Shown one piece after another: positions 1 through 13,469 of a stretch of DNA of 64,000 nucleotides. Every line of letters begins with the position of its first letter. Within the stretch, counting starts at the first letter, position 1. A model generated the notes under the pieces. It ran no database searches. It saw only the letters and a list, made by a program, of their open reading frames with translations, and was not told the DNA's origin. Position numbers and translations under genes: made by a program. Source of the DNA: Felis catus (Eukaryota); the NCBI RefSeq assembly GCF_018350175.1, contig NC_058368.1, positions 135,472,001-135,536,000 of the forward strand, written 5' to 3'.

Positions 1-230
1 GCTCTGACACCTCTGAGGTTTACAATCGCACTTGGCTTCCTTCAGAGAGTGGGGTTTTCTTCCATTTTAGAAGGACAGAAGATGAACAATATCAGTTCAG
101 ATCTCAGGCTCTGGACCAGAAATTTGTGAAAGAATAAGGAAGTAGGACTAAGTCTGCCCTCTAGCACTGAAGGGACCAGAAGTGTTTTTTCTGAGGGCCG
201 TGACAGCAACTTAGTTTTACCGCTCCCTTC

Positions 231-446
231 TTTTTTTTTTTTTTTAAGGTTTATTTATTTATTCTGAAAGAGAGAGAGAGAGCAGGGGAGGGACAGAGAG
301 AGAGAGGGAGATGGAGGATCCCAAAAAGGCTCTGTGCCGTTAGCATGGAGCCCGATGTGGGGCTCAAACTCTCAAACAGTGAGACCATTGACCTAAGTCG
401 AGATCAAGAATCCAACACTTAACCGACTGAGCCACCCAGGTGCCCC
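231..446 (-). mobile_element. Can-SINE (felid SINEC)
   Basis: Reverse complement of the GGGGCACCTGGGTGGCTCAGTCGGTTAAG head at 446, (GA)n tract and poly-T (tail); flanks share tcccttctt. Confidence 0.95.
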
Positions 447-1499
447 TACAATTCCCTTCTTAAGGCCAGACCCACACTGGGAGAAATCATCAAGGAACAT
501 GATTTAAAAAAAAAAAAAATTCTGCTGACTAAAGTTTCTTGCCTGAAATTCTCCTGATTAGAGAGGCATACAGACTAGTACCCTGGGAATGCAAAGGGGG
601 CCCTCAGTCAGTCACATCTCCGTAGTTTTGTTTACTCTGCTTGCTTTCCCTTCCCCAGCTAAGGGCAGAACAGCAGTGGGAGCTCTGATGGAGGTGGGAA
701 TCATTCGTGAGAAATCACTCCCGAGCAATGAAATGTGACAGAAAACAGGAGCCAGGACGAGGCAAAGTGGTCACTGGGTGCCTCCGCAGAAGAGAACCAA
801 AGAGCCCAAAAGGGAGAAAAGTAACTAAAACACCCAAGTGCCCTTAAAAGAATACATTAGAGCACAGAGTCAGGAATACAATGTGATTTTTGTCTTAATC
901 CTATGGCCCAGGCTTATCTCTCTTCTCATCTCAGTGTGTGATGAAAAACCCTGTGAGCATCATTTGCTGAACCAAGAAGAAGCCTCAGCAGACCTTGTGT
1001 CCCAGCAGTGCTGAGGCCAGGGCAGGTCCTTCAGGTAACTCAATGCTCATCTCCTACTCTCTGTTACTGTCCACACGTGGCTAATCTCTCTGCATGGGTA
1101 AAATATCCACATGTGTGCACAGGATGTGTATTCTAGGAATACACTTCAAGTGCCTAGCATCTCTGGGCTCACTGCACTGATGATGCCAAGTAATTTGCCT
1201 GTGTTTTTGATGCCTAATGGAATAACTCCAGTGACGTAGAAGTCCGGGGGAAGCCCCAAGGAAAGGAAAACCATTCTAGAAATGTTGGAAGGCATAGGTC
1301 TAGAACATTGGAAAGGCAGTAGGGAGCGGGTACAGCAAAGGGTTCAGAATAGTTGAGCTCCAATGGACAGATATGAGTGCTATCCCTATGTGAGGAAACA
1401 CCAGAACCTGTTCTGGAGACTATAGACCAGACCTAGAGTCTCCTAAGCGTAGACAGTAATGAGTCCACAGAAAACTACTAAAGATTTCTTAAAGAGTAT

Positions 1500-1715
1500 T
1501 TCCAGAACAGTAGCTCTATGAGATGTTAATAGATTCAACGGTCAAATAAATTTTGGAGCCTCTAGTTCAAATAAATATAAACACATTTTCATATTACAGG
1601 ACTTCTCAGAGCCTTTGATATGTTAATATACCCTGTGGAAACCCAAGAAAGGAACAGGATATGCAATGTTTCCCAATCTCACATGATAAAATTATTTTGT
1701 GGCATGCAAACTCAC
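1500..1715. mobile_element. Old hAT-Charlie DNA transposon fragment (Charlie4-like)
   Basis: caggacttctcagagcctttgatatgttaat...atgcaatgtttccca resembles the recalled Charlie4 consensus. Confidence 0.5.
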
Positions 1716-2619
1716 ATTTTCTCCTCATCCTGCCCTTTTTCCCTTCCCCCATTAGAAGAGAAAGGTTTTACTCTTTCTTGCCTCAGGGGAGAAGCATGGC
1801 AGAGCTTCTTGGTGTATGTTTCCAAATCAAACAGGGTTAGAGGAAATAGAGGTTTGGGGGTTCCAAGGGTAGGGACAGTGCTCCCTGTTCCCTCCCAGCT
1901 CCCAAAGTCAGATCTTTCACTGGGGTTTCCAACCTCACCAAAGACTACATGCCCCAAGCACAGCCCTGCAGCAGCAGGGAGCCCATAGGAAAGGACTGGG
2001 CAGAGAGTGAGCACCTGCAAATAAAGCCATGTAGATAGACATCACATGAGTGCCTAAGCATTCTGTGAGACCACAGAATCTTGGCAAAACCCCTTGGAGG
2101 GAGAAGAGGTAGGAACTCCAAGGATACCCACGTATGTCCCAACAATCTGCAGCGATGGCGGATGAGAGTTAAAATCAGGTTGATTCACGGATAGTCATGA
2201 AATGCAGTAGTTCCCTGTACCACTGTTTGTGAGATGAGATTCCTACCTGCAATGTGGATTTGCCCGTGGAGCTTCTTTTTGGTATCCCACAAGACTAGTT
2301 TCTTGCAGAACACAAGTAAGAAGATGCTGAAGTAGATTATCCCACTTAGAAGAGACAACCCCCAATCAATAATCTTGATTTAAGGACTGTTGGCTTTATT
2401 GAAAAGCTGTGGTCTCCGAGCAAATCAGGAAGAGAACACCCAGAATCTTTTCTGTTAATACCCCAAATGCCCAGAGAGAGCTGTAAGCCCTTCGAGGAAA
2501 TGTGTTTATAGGTACTGTGATGCTTGAAACCCCATTCTCTGAAAAAAATAATTTGAATGGCTAGCAAACATCTAGAATTTTTAACAAAAATCCTGGGAAA
2601 CACCAAGAAGATTCACAGT

Positions 2620-2855
2620 GGGGACACCTGGGTGGCTGCGTCAGTTGAGCATCTGACTCTTGATTTCGGTTCAGGTCGTGATCTCACGGGTTCATGGGTT
2701 CGAGCCCTGCATCCAGCTCTGCACTGACAACGTGGAGCCTGCTTAGGATTCTCTCTCCCTCTCTCTTTTGCCCTTCCCCCACTCGCTCATGCTCTCCCTC
2801 TCCCTCTCCCTCTCTCTCTCTCAAAATAAATAAATAATTTTTTTTTAAATTAAAA
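2620..2855 (+). mobile_element. Can-SINE
   Basis: tRNA-derived head, (CT)n tract, AATAAA/A-rich tail, degenerate TSD aagattcacagtg/aagatgtgcagtg. Confidence 0.95.
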
Positions 2856-4184
2856 AAGATGTGCAGTGGAAGGAAAGGAAACATTCAAGGACAAAATTTG
2901 TTCTTTTTAACAACTCACTGAGCCAGCTCTCCTCAAGTCCATGAACACCAACACAAGGAACAGAACTCACTCTGTGCCCATGGGGGTCTTGGCCTTGGCT
3001 GCTCAGTCATTCACGAGCATGGGAAGATTCAATGGGATGGTTCTCATCAGAGGACTGACCTATGGCAAACATACCTGCTGGTGGGGGTTGTAGTGGTGAC
3101 AGTGGGACTACATACAACCCAAAGGCCAGCAGGTTGTCTCTTGCAGCAAACTGGCGGGGGGTGGGAGGGCAGTTACAGTGTGGGTATGTTGGAATTGGAG
3201 TGTTGTTATAATCCTAGGAAGAAAGGCAAAGTATGTGAGCTGGCAGCCCTCCAGCCCAATGCAAACCCCAACTACAGAAAGAAGAGCTTCTAATTAAATT
3301 TCTACCTTCCAAGAAGCATTTCAGGGTATTAGGCTATCATTACTAATGACCTTAGATATTATCACTTATTTGTCAGACATAAATCTTCCTTTGGGCACCT
3401 AGAAACTGCAAATGGAGAAGAAGTCCCAATAAGATAAATTTGGATGTTTTTAGATAACATCCCAAGCCTGTATGAGGTGAGACAGTATAAACACCTCTGG
3501 CCCAGGAGCTATAGGCCTGATACTTTTTAAAAAATTAATTTCTTGCTCTTTGGAATCTCTCAGAAGTACAGCACTGTCTTGCCCTTTCCCAGATTCAAAT
3601 GACTCCTAGAAAATAATCCTTCTATAACTATAGAACCACTGAGAATTAATCCTGTTTTTAAAGGCATGTCCCCCTGTTTTCCCACCTTCTCTCACTTTCC
3701 CCAGCAATTTTTTCCTGCTGTAACAAGCTGCCATTATCCGTTCATTTCCACACAGGGCAGCCGCCTAGAAGAAGGAGGTGAAGAGAGACCCTGCTCTCAA
3801 AAATCCCCCTCCCACGTGAGGTGTGTGAAATGCAGAACGGATATTTTTAGCTTGTAAGTCTCTATCAGAAATCTCTCATTATCTAACTCATCTGTTCTGA
3901 GGAACGTGCACCCACATCCATAATTTTTTGGCTTCCTTTGGAACTCAAGGTAAGTTCTAAACCTCTTAATTTTCTTCTGTGACCATCTCTCCTCAAAGTT
4001 GACAGCCTCAGAGTCCTGCAAAGATGGCAAACAAAGCTCAACTACTGACTCTTTTTCTTAATGCAGAATTTCAGCTATACTACTGGGTTTAATTTAATCT
4101 TATCTGGCATTTGTTCTCTTGGACGGAGCCTACTTTGTTGAAAATCAAACACGTAAGTTGGGATTAGATGATCCTTTATGAAAA

Positions 4185-4435
4185 GACAGTAGAGCGTCGT
4201 GGCCAAGAGATCAGACCAGCTCTGGTCACGTCTCAGCTCTACTACCTACAAACCGAAGATCTGACTAAGTTACCGCACCTCCCTGTACTTCACTGTCTGC
4301 ATCTATAAAATGGGAATATGTAAGGACCCACCTCAAAGAATTGTTGTGGGGACTAACCATGTGCTAAGTAAGTACTAAGTAAAACACTGAGGAGGGTGTC
4401 GGGCACACTGTAAGCACTCAAATTTCAGCTGTAGT
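4185..4435 (+). mobile_element. MIR SINE
   Basis: MIR core ctgcatctataaaatgggaat...gttgtggggacta...aagcactcaaat. Confidence 0.75.
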
Positions 4436-5169
4436 GATATTAATATTAATAATATTGACTTGCCTATAATATTAGTAATGATAATAATATTCCTCTACGC
4501 ATGCAACCATCAATATTATTCTATGTGTGTTTGTGTAAATCGCTCTGTTTGTTTATACAGTTTTAGTTCATTACATGGACTGCTGCTACACCACTGAATT
4601 GATTCTACCTGAGAAATGCCAGTACTTCAAATCTTCCCATCTTTACCTATTTGCTTCTTGGTTTTCACAACAAGAACATGCCCATGGGAACAACAAATGC
4701 CAAAAGCACGCACCCAGTAATGAGAGTGTACCTTTACAACATTCAGCACAGGCTTTGGAGAGAGGATTCTATCTCTCATGCAATGACTTCAGGACTTATT
4801 TCCTGAGGATGCATTGCACCTCATACTAGGGCTACCTGTGCTTATTACTGACGTGATACAGCGAGCCACACAATACACACATCTCCACAACAATTCTTCC
4901 GTGCAGAGGCTGTCCAGTGGGTTGCTTAGCACAACACAAAGGAGGCCAAGTTCTGAACAATCTAGTAATCCTACTCCCAAGAATAAGGAATTAATTCAAA
5001 ATAGGGGGGAAATTTATATGTAGAAATTTACAAAACCATATATCACATAATTAATAATATATATAAACACTTGTTGCCTATGCAACCAGCAGTAGGGAGA
5101 TGATCAAATAAATGATGACAAATCAACTTGATAGACTACGATGGTGCAATTTTAAAATAATGATAACCC

Positions 5170-5273
5170 TGGGGCACCTGGGTGGCTCAGTGGGTTAAGT
5201 GTCCTACTCTTGGTTTCAGCTCAGGTCATGATCTCAGGGTTGTAAGATTGAGCCCCACGTCAGGCTCTGTGCT
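5170..5273 (+). mobile_element. 3'-truncated Can-SINE abutting a MIR remnant
   Basis: SINE head through ggctctgtgct, then an (AT)n run and MIR core ctcagtttcttcatctataaaatggg; no CT tract or tail. Confidence 0.85.
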
Positions 5274-6109
5274 AATATATATATAGATTAGCTGAATAAC
5301 CTTAGGCCAGCTCCATAAGCTATCTCAAGCTCAGTTTCTTCATCTATAAAATGGGCTATTTATTTGAGGATTAACTCAATACTTAATTGACTTGTAAGGA
5401 TTAAACTAGCCACTCAGTAAGTATTTGTTGAGTAAGTAGGAGACAATGCATGCAATGTTCATACATTGGCATCTGGCACAGGGTGAAAGCTCACTGAATA
5501 CTGTCTACTGATACTCAGATATCAGGCAAAACCTACCCCCTAAAAATCTAGATCAGCTTGGAAAGAATCACCAACACCTATGAAAATCCGGAGGCTTCAC
5601 CAGTTTTCTGCATATTCCCAAAGGCTTGCATTCTCATGACCCCTGTCTCCTGGGCACCCGTGTCATCTGACTGATCCAGACATAAAGTCACAACCTAACT
5701 GCCATGAAACACTAGTGAGCTTAGGAGACTTTATCAAAAATTGGGCCAGGAGCAGGGAAAGGCAAGTGAACAAGTCAAGGTCATGGGAAACAGAGACCAT
5801 CACAGCAACACACACTCAGAGGGGCATCACAGTTCTTTACGTGTCCTCTGGCCCACCATGATCACCTTGCCACGTCTGTGGCACCATTGCCTTCTTGCTT
5901 CCCTCCTTGCAGGCTCCTCTCCTCCTCACCCTATTCTTTTCCCTCTTCTAAAAACAGTGGAGTTCTCCCAGTACCCACCTACCCACCGCCCAACTCCTGT
6001 TCCCAGATTTTCACAACAAAATCTGAGGCACTGGGCAGGGAAGAAGCCTTACCTTTATCCAGACCCACCCTCCTTCAAAAACACCACTCATTTAAAAATG
6101 AAGTTTTGT

Positions 6110-6320
6110 GGGGCACCGGAGCGGTTCAGTCAGTTAAGCGTGTGACTTCAGCTCAGGTCATGATCTCGCGGTTCATGAGTTCGAGCCCTGCGTCAGGATC
6201 TATGCTAACAGCTCAAAGCCTGGAGCCTGCTTCCGGTTCTGTGTCTCCAGCTCTCTCCCCCTCCCCCACTCACGCTCTCTCCCTCTCTCTCTCAAAAATA
6301 AAGAAACATTAAAAAATTTT
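6110..6320 (+). mobile_element. Can-SINE
   Basis: Full body; TSD aatgaagttttg/aatgaaattttg. Confidence 0.95.
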
Positions 6321-7299
6321 AATGAAATTTTGCTTTCTGTACATGTAAATCACAACAAGGATGAATTTTTAACCTTCATTTTTCAAATGAGAAAAGTGAG
6401 ACTAAAAAAGGTTAGATCTCTTTCCCAACTCAAAGAGTAGAACTTGGATCTGAACCCAGGCCTGCTTAATTCCACCGCCAGTACTCTCAAATACTGCACT
6501 AACAGAAATAAAATCCCAAGAAGCCATTTGGCAATATGCAAGTCTGTGGCAACAGTTCATACCTTAACTTCAACCAGCTGTCCTTCAGAGAGACACCAAT
6601 GCTTTCAAGGGACGTGGGCAAAATAGCATGAATTATTCAGCACAAACCATCAGACCCATTATAGAAACAATGCAACAAACATAATCCACCATCTTGTATG
6701 GAGGCTGATTTTCGTATTCACTGGAAATGCCGTATTCTTTTGATTTTATGTCTTCAGGCAAGTTTGTGCATACAAGCTCTGAAAGTCTCTTATACTTGGA
6801 AGTACAGAATGTATAAGTCAGTGCATAATGAACTAAGTGCTCACTGAGTACTTGATGATGAACTAAATGAATGACAATGTTTCAGTAGTGTGCAGCAGAT
6901 GCTGGGTAGGAGGAAGTGCCATTGTTGAAGGGATTTTAATCCGAATTTCATTTGAACCCAAAGAAGGTGAATTCATTCTTCTTCACAAGGGTCTTCCAGA
7001 CCAAAATTCATGTTTATCTCATTGTTCCTCTGTGAGGATTAATTTATTCCAAGGGGCAAAACATTTCTTTCTTTCTTTCTTTTTTCAATGAAATTCCTTA
7101 GTCGTTAGTTATTTCAGGCCCTAACAAAAAAAGAAGGGACATCCAAATGACGTGCTGAAGGTTTCAATAGTGTTAATCTAAGACCATTGGTTTTGAAAAT
7201 ATCAGGGAAGTAGCATTTCTACCTTGACAAAATAAGATCTGAGACAATCCTTACCACAAATTGTATTGTGTTGTGGTTAGGAGCAGTCACCACAACTCT

Positions 7300-7525
7300 G
7301 GGGGCACCTGGGTGGCTCGATCGGTTGAATGACCGACTTCAGCTCAGGTCATGATCTCACAGCTCATGAGTTGGAGAGCTACTTGGGCTCACTGCCAGTC
7401 AGCCTATCAGCACAGAGCTGATTGGAATCGCTGTCTTTCTCTCTCTCTCTCTCTCTGCCCCTCCCCGACTTGTGCTCTCCCAAAAATAAAAAATAATAAA
7501 TAATTTTTAAAAAAAAAGAAGAAGA
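7300..7525 (+). mobile_element. Can-SINE
   Basis: Full body; TSD agcagtcaccacaactctgg/agcaatcatcacaactctgg. Confidence 0.95.
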
Positions 7526-8821
7526 AGCAATCATCACAACTCTGGAAACATCTGCAATAAAAGAAACATTCAGTGGCAAAAATTGAAATGTCAAGGGCCC
7601 AAGGTGAAATTTTACAAAGGGACCTCCCCTTAAGGCCGCTGCTCCTGAAAACATCCTCAGTGTCCAATATACCCTTTGGTGAATTTCCTGAGAGTTACAA
7701 GAACCTTTTAGACAGTTACCAGCTTAAAAGAATTTTCCAATGACATTCAGCCTGCTTCCACCTCACATGTGCCGCGTTCGGCAGTGTGGCTTTGAATAAG
7801 TCATTAAACGGCTGTAAGCTTCAGTCTCCTCCTGGGAAAAATGAGAGGCTGGCACTTACACTCTCTGGGGCTCCCACTGCTGATATTTCATGATCCAATC
7901 AAACTCAAAAAGAAAATGGCAGACTGCAATACGTAGGCTTGACATTAGGTCCAAAGGCATTTCTCAGAAGTTGGAAGTGTTGGTGGCGGGGCTAGCATAT
8001 CTCCGTCTCTGGACTCAGGTTCCCTCCTGTGCCACACAGGGTGGGTCCTGCACGGGGAGCAAGAGCAGGAGTTGCGCCCCCCACCTCCCCCCACCCCCCG
8101 GGCCTTGTGTGTTCACAGGCAGAGGGGCCTCCACCCAGAGGGACGCCTCTTCTCAATTCACTCTCAAGAGCTGTCTGAGACCAAGAGAAAAGCAAATGTT
8201 GAGTGAAAATTGTACTTCTAGGTACCAGCCTATCTGGTAAGAGAATGCAAAGCACCGATACCAGAGGGTCTGTAACTTCCTACTCATTTCTCTCATTTGA
8301 ACGACAACAGCAAAGCCAACTTTAAAGAACTAAAATAACTACCCTCTTACAAAGACTTTGAGAGAAAGCTACGTAGGATTTAAGGACATTTCTTGGTAAA
8401 CAGGCTTCAGAAGATACCAAGACTTGGATTCAGAGGATATGTCCATAATTTCAAAGGTTTTTCTGAGGTGTGTCAGATGGGTCTTCTGAATACTCAGCCT
8501 CTTCGGTCTCTCCTGTCAATCCTGCCATCACTCTTTCTTCCTGGTTTAAGCCTCCTTCTTAACCCTGGTGCCACAAATAAACTGGGGAACACTCAGAAGG
8601 CCAAATCGCACAGTGGACGAGCCCACCCTCCCTTGCCTTAGACCAAGGTGTGCAGAAGTCCGGAGACCAGATGGGGAGCGATCCGCCATTCACACTGCAT
8701 TTCCACTCACACCATTTGGGGCCAAAGCAAGGGGATCCAGATACCCTGTTCCAGGACTTCAAGCTCTCTTCTAAAATACCAGGAAAGACCTCTTAAGGAG
8801 GTGACATTAAACTGGAATCCT

Positions 8822-9492
8822 AATGCAAACTGGTACAGCCACTCTGGAAAATAATGTGAAGGTTCCTGAAAAAATTAAAAATAGAACTACCCTACAACCC
8901 AGCAATTGCACTACTAGGTATTTATCCAAAGGATACAGGAGTGCTGATTCAAAGGGGCACATGCACCCCAATGTTTATAGCTGCGCTACCGACAATAGCC
9001 AAAGTATGGAGAGAGCCCAAATGTCCATTGACTGATGAATAGAAAAGAAGATGTGGTCTATATATACACAATGGAATATTACTTGGTGATTAAAAAAAGA
9101 ATGAAATCTTACCATTTGCAACAACATGGATGGAACTAGAGTGTATCATGCTAAGTGAAATAAGTCCGTCAGAGAAAGACAAATATCATATGATTTCATT
9201 CATTTGTGGAATCTAAGAAACGAAAGAGATGAACATAGGGGAAGGGAAGCAAAAAATAATATAAAAATAGAATGGGTGACAAACCATAAGAGACTCTTAA
9301 ATACAGAGAACAAACTGAAGGTTGCTGGAGGGGAGGTGGGTGCAGGGATGGGCTAAATGAGCGATAGGCATTAAGAAAAGCACTTGTTGGGATGAGCACT
9401 GGGTGTTATATGCAAGTGATGAATCACTAAATTCTATTCCTGAAATCATTATTACACCGTATCTTAACTAACTTGGATTTAAATTTTTTAAA
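8822..9492 (+). mobile_element. 5'-truncated carnivore L1 (ORF2 3' end + 3' UTR) inserted in an L2 remnant
   Basis: aatgcaaactggtacagccactctggaaaa...atagaactaccctacaacccagcaattgcactactagg, carnivore L1 3' UTR, A-rich end; degenerate TSD around gaatcc. Confidence 0.93.
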
Positions 9493-9664
9493 AAGTAGAA
9501 TCCGAACTAATGAGGAATCAGCTCTGAGAAGTGTAGGAGCAGCATGTATCGAGAAGTCTAGAATATTTAGGAAATGTAAAGAACAATGTGACTGGAAGAC
9601 AGTTTGTTGGGTACAGGGCTCTAATGGACTTAGGAGAGGTGGACAGAGGCCAGATCAAATAAGA

Positions 9665-9995
9665 CCTCTGGCTTTCCTGGGTTCCCCTGAATCAGGCCAT
9701 GAATGAGGATTTGAATGCAAGTAGTTTATTTGGGAGCAAGCACAGACAGGGAGCAGGAAAGTGAAACCGGAAGGGAAGGAAGGTGGTACAGGGTGCATTA
9801 ATGAGCAGTTCACCGCCATGGGCAAGTGGGGCTCAGCCACGTAGGGTACTCTGGCAGAATGCACAGAACACACCTCAGAGTCCCTACCACATGAGGCCAA
9901 GAGAGTTGGGGCATTCATCCACCAATGCTTGTCCATCCCTGGTTGAGACCTGCTTCTGGGGCATTAACTCCCAGGGACTTCCTGTCTAGGCCTCA
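9665..9995 (-). mobile_element. ERVL solo LTR fragment (LTR16-like)
   Basis: ggatttgaatgcaagtagtttatttgggag...cagaacacacctcagagt...ggggcattaactccc matches the recalled LTR16C reverse strand; AATAAA on the - strand. Confidence 0.75.
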
Positions 9996-10589
9996 GATGG
10001 AAAGCTGCACATGACTTCAGTAGAAAGCTGCCCAAATACACAAGTCCCGAGGGGAAGTGGGCAGTACTTGCTAGAGCCTCATAGACAAAGGTCAGGACTC
10101 TGGATTTTATTCTCGGTGCCGTAAGAAGCAGAGTACTAGGCCAGCCATTGACACTTTCCAGCTTACAACTTAAGATGGTTGTTCTTACCACTGGGTAGAC
10201 ATGGGTTGAAGGCAGGGGGGCAGCACAGTGGAGGCGTCACTTATTCTAAAATGCAGTGTAGTTCAAGGTTACGTAGTTTTCCCAACCTCTCTCTACAGAA
10301 GCCAAACCCCAGTATCTCCTGACCGTATCTACCCTTTCAGCCATTCCTTCCTAAAACCCCCTTCCCTTTTCTTTCCCAAAGGTGCTTAATCTTCTCCTCC
10401 TTGACCGTTCAGAGTCAGGCTCTTTCAGAAAGAGCCCGAGCTTCTTCCTCACCTAACAGACCCACAATGTGTCATTTACACGAGGATCAAGTGCCACCTT
10501 GCTTCACAGCAGCACCCTACATCCACCAGCAAATGGAGGACACAAGGAAAAGGTTACAGTTTCAGAAAGCACTCGAAGCTATATTGAGC

Positions 10590-10795
10590 TAGACAGTCTG
10601 GGTTCAAATCCTGTTTCTCCCATTACTTCCCATGTGACCTGTGACAAATTACTTAACCTCACTGAGCCTTTAAACTGGGGATAAAATGTCTTCCATGGAG
10701 AGCTGTGAGACATAAGTGAGATATTATAGGCACGAGTACCTGATATATAATAAGTGGTCAATAAATAAGTGCTCATTACTATCATTATTGTTAAT
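10590..10795 (+). mobile_element. MIR SINE
   Basis: ctgggttcaaatcctg...tgtgacctgtgacaaattacttaacctcactgagcct. Confidence 0.8.
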
Positions 10796-10872
10796 GTACA
10801 ATGAATATTCAAGTGTGCCCTTACCCCAGAGTCACATTTTGGGGGTCAGAAAGAAAATAAAGCTGAAACACA

Positions 10873-10876
<4 letters not shown>

Positions 10877-10925
<49 letters not shown>
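10877..10925. repeat. (CA)n microsatellite, about 24 units
   Basis: Uninterrupted CA run read directly. Confidence 0.98.
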
Positions 10926-10927
<2 letters not shown>

Positions 10928-12038
10928 TTGTTTATTCTGATCTGTCTGGTTTGGAGTAATCCAGGCCAAGGTTTTCTCCCATTATGCTGAAAAATTACAC
11001 ACTGGCTGTATTCACTGTTCCCTGAACATCTAAGAAATCATTTGACTTATTGCCTCGGCACTTCAGAATGTCAGCACAAAGAACGCCAAGCAAAATTTAA
11101 GGAATACTAAGCAAATACCTGATATCACCTGATACTTCTCGTGGCAAAGGAAACCGGGAGAACTCCATCCCTATTTTAAAGCTACTTTATAGGGATAAAA
11201 TAATGACTGGGCCTGGAAATTCAAATGTTATGAGCAAAAACTACTAATATGATGTGGAGGATCGGATCCCACCCGCTCTTCCCCATTTATGTGAACAGCA
11301 TGACTTTGGCAGCAATTAAAAGCTAATGGCTTGCCAATGATGAGCTTTTCCGTCAAAAAGATAAATTAGAGACAAGTTAGGACTTGTTTGGTTTTGACAT
11401 CCACCCATTCCCTAGTGCCCACAATTAAAAACGGGCCAATCAAATCTCACATTCCTCATTTATTTAAACGAAAGTGGAAAATCACTGACCCACATACGGA
11501 TTGACCTTTTTAACAGGTATGGAATCTGAAAAACTAGTGAGAGAAAAGTGCTTCTAACTCCACAACTCTTCTTTTCTACGCCACACCCCATGGTTACTAA
11601 GCTCACAGACTGTGTGGAGATGCTTCCATTAGAGTGTAGCTTAAAGAGCCCTGAGCTAGGAGCCAGGAAACTCCATCTCTGGACCTCCATTTTGTCATCT
11701 ATGAAATGAGAGTGTTGAATTACAGTGTGAGGTGCTGCTAAGGCAACTCAACCCGTGTTTCCCCACCTAAAAAGAGGGGAGGAGCTTCTAAACTTTTCCA
11801 GAAGGGAACGATGGTGATGGAGCCGGAGCAGGGGTATGGCACCAACAGAGAAGGACACAGCAGCCATTCTTGCTAAGAAGTTCTCCGGAAAACACTATGA
11901 AGAATGACATGGAATAAATAAAAAGTCAGTGAAATGACACACCTCCTAGCTCCCGATGGAGAGATGAAGAGAAACGTTGATGTTCTCCACAACTCTAAAA
12001 TATCCAAGCTTTACAGCACAGATTCAACTTTCAAAGGA

Positions 12039-12367
12039 CAGATAACCCTTGAACTATATGGGTATGAACTATGCAGGTCCATTTACATGCAGATTTTTAT
12101 TGATAAATACAGTGCAGTTTATTATTAAGAGTGTTTTCTGTTCTTTATGATGTTCTTAGTAACATTTTCTTTCCTCTAGCTTACTTTATTATAAAACAGT
12201 ATATAACACACATAACATACCAATATGTGTTAATCAACTGCTTCTGTTATCAGTAACACTTCTGGTCAACTACGGGCTACTGGTAGTAAAATTTTTAAGG
12301 AATCAAAAGATTTTTTTACTGTGCCAGGGGTAGGCACCCTTAACCCCCGTGTTGTTCAAGGGCCACA
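12039..12367 (+). mobile_element. Tigger2-family MITE (TcMar), about 330 bp
   Basis: Terminal inverted repeats cagataacccttgaac ... gttcaagggcca; internal ggtccatttacatgcagattttt. Confidence 0.8.
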
Positions 12368-12374
12368 TATATAT

Positions 12375-12611
12375 ATTTATTTTTTTAGGTTTATTTATTT
12401 ATTTTGAGAGAGAGAGAGAGAGAGACAGCATGCCCATGCACACATACAAGTGAGGGAGGGATAGAGAGAGGGGGGGAGAGAGAATCTCAAGCAAGCTTTG
12501 TGCTGTCAGTGTGGAGCCTATTGCAGGGCTCAATCCCCTGAACCGTGAAATCACGGCCTGAGCTGAAACCAAGAGTCGGATGCTCAACCCATTGGGCCAC
12601 CAAGGTGCCCC
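12375..12611 (-). mobile_element. Can-SINE
   Basis: Reverse-strand head ending ggtgcccc at 12611, (GA)n tract, T-rich tail. Confidence 0.93.
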
Positions 12612-12714
12612 ATCAGTATTTGCAAAATCATTTCAAATTTGTCAACACTTTAAGCATCCTTCTGAATATATAATAAATTTTAGCGTCTTCTTTTAGAGTC
12701 TGTATGTCAGAGCA

Positions 12715-12867
12715 CAATGCCACCCTTAGTGTTTTATTTCAGAGTGTTCCGTCTCTGCAAACTCCAACATTACAAGGACTGTGGGGCTTAAGGATTGTAT
12801 TTGATGATTTCTTCTATCAGCTTCATGCTCATACAGACCCACTATTTTCTTTTGTCAATTCCACACC
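12715..12867 (-). other. Candidate terminal exon of a - strand transcript
   Basis: Strong acceptor ttttaactttctgcttttttcttttctggtacag|GGT (AG at 12869-12868) and AATAAA on the - strand at 12738-12733; no transcript evidence available. Confidence 0.3.
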
Positions 12868-13087
12868 CTGTACCAGAAAAGAAAAAAGCAGAAAGTTAAA
12901 AGTTCGAGGGAGAGTCAACTTTAGCAAATTCCCTCTTCTCCTCTCTCAACAAATGCACAAAGACAAGACACATATAGAAGCACCACCAGTATATGCCTGA
13001 GCTCAAGCTGTCAGTCACATTGCAACAATGATTATGCCAACTGTCATCATACATATTTTGTTCCTGTTGTAGTGAAATTAATACAGG

Positions 13088-13266
13088 GCAGAGGTTCTCA
13101 AACTTGAGTGTGCATAGAACCACCTGGAAGATGTTAAACCACAGACTGCTACTGCCCCCCTGTTTCTGATTCAGTCTAGGATGGAGCCTGAGAACTTGCA
13201 TGTTTCATAGGTTCCCAGGTACCTCTGATGTTGGTAGTCCAGAAACCGCATTCTGAGTATCACGGT
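13088..13266. mobile_element. MER5A (hAT-Charlie MITE)
   Basis: cagaggttctcaaacttgagtgtgcatagaaccacctgga...gtttctgattcagt...ggagcctgagaacttgcat. Confidence 0.85.
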
Positions 13267-13469
13267 TGTGGGCAAATCCCTGAGCATCCAGGAAGGTGGA
13301 GCCTACTCGTCCCTGGCATCAAAAGAAGTCAGAGAAGGAAATCTGGGTTCGTTTTATTTCTTCCTTAAATTCAGATCCAATTAACATTTACTGAGTTATG
13401 CAAGGCAGTGGATTAAATGCTTTCAACTTTTAATTCTCACGACCACTGCTATTGCTACTGTCATCCTTG

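Noticed and set aside
2246..2350. Exon-like - strand segment ending CAG|gtagga
   Set aside because: Weak acceptor (ctaag) and neither open frame is recognisable, so it cannot be supported.
5741..6312. Overlapping 134- and 144-aa ORFs, and many similar ...TSAQVMISRF... ORFs across the window
   Set aside because: They read through Can-SINE sequence, and the recurring peptide is SINE-derived.
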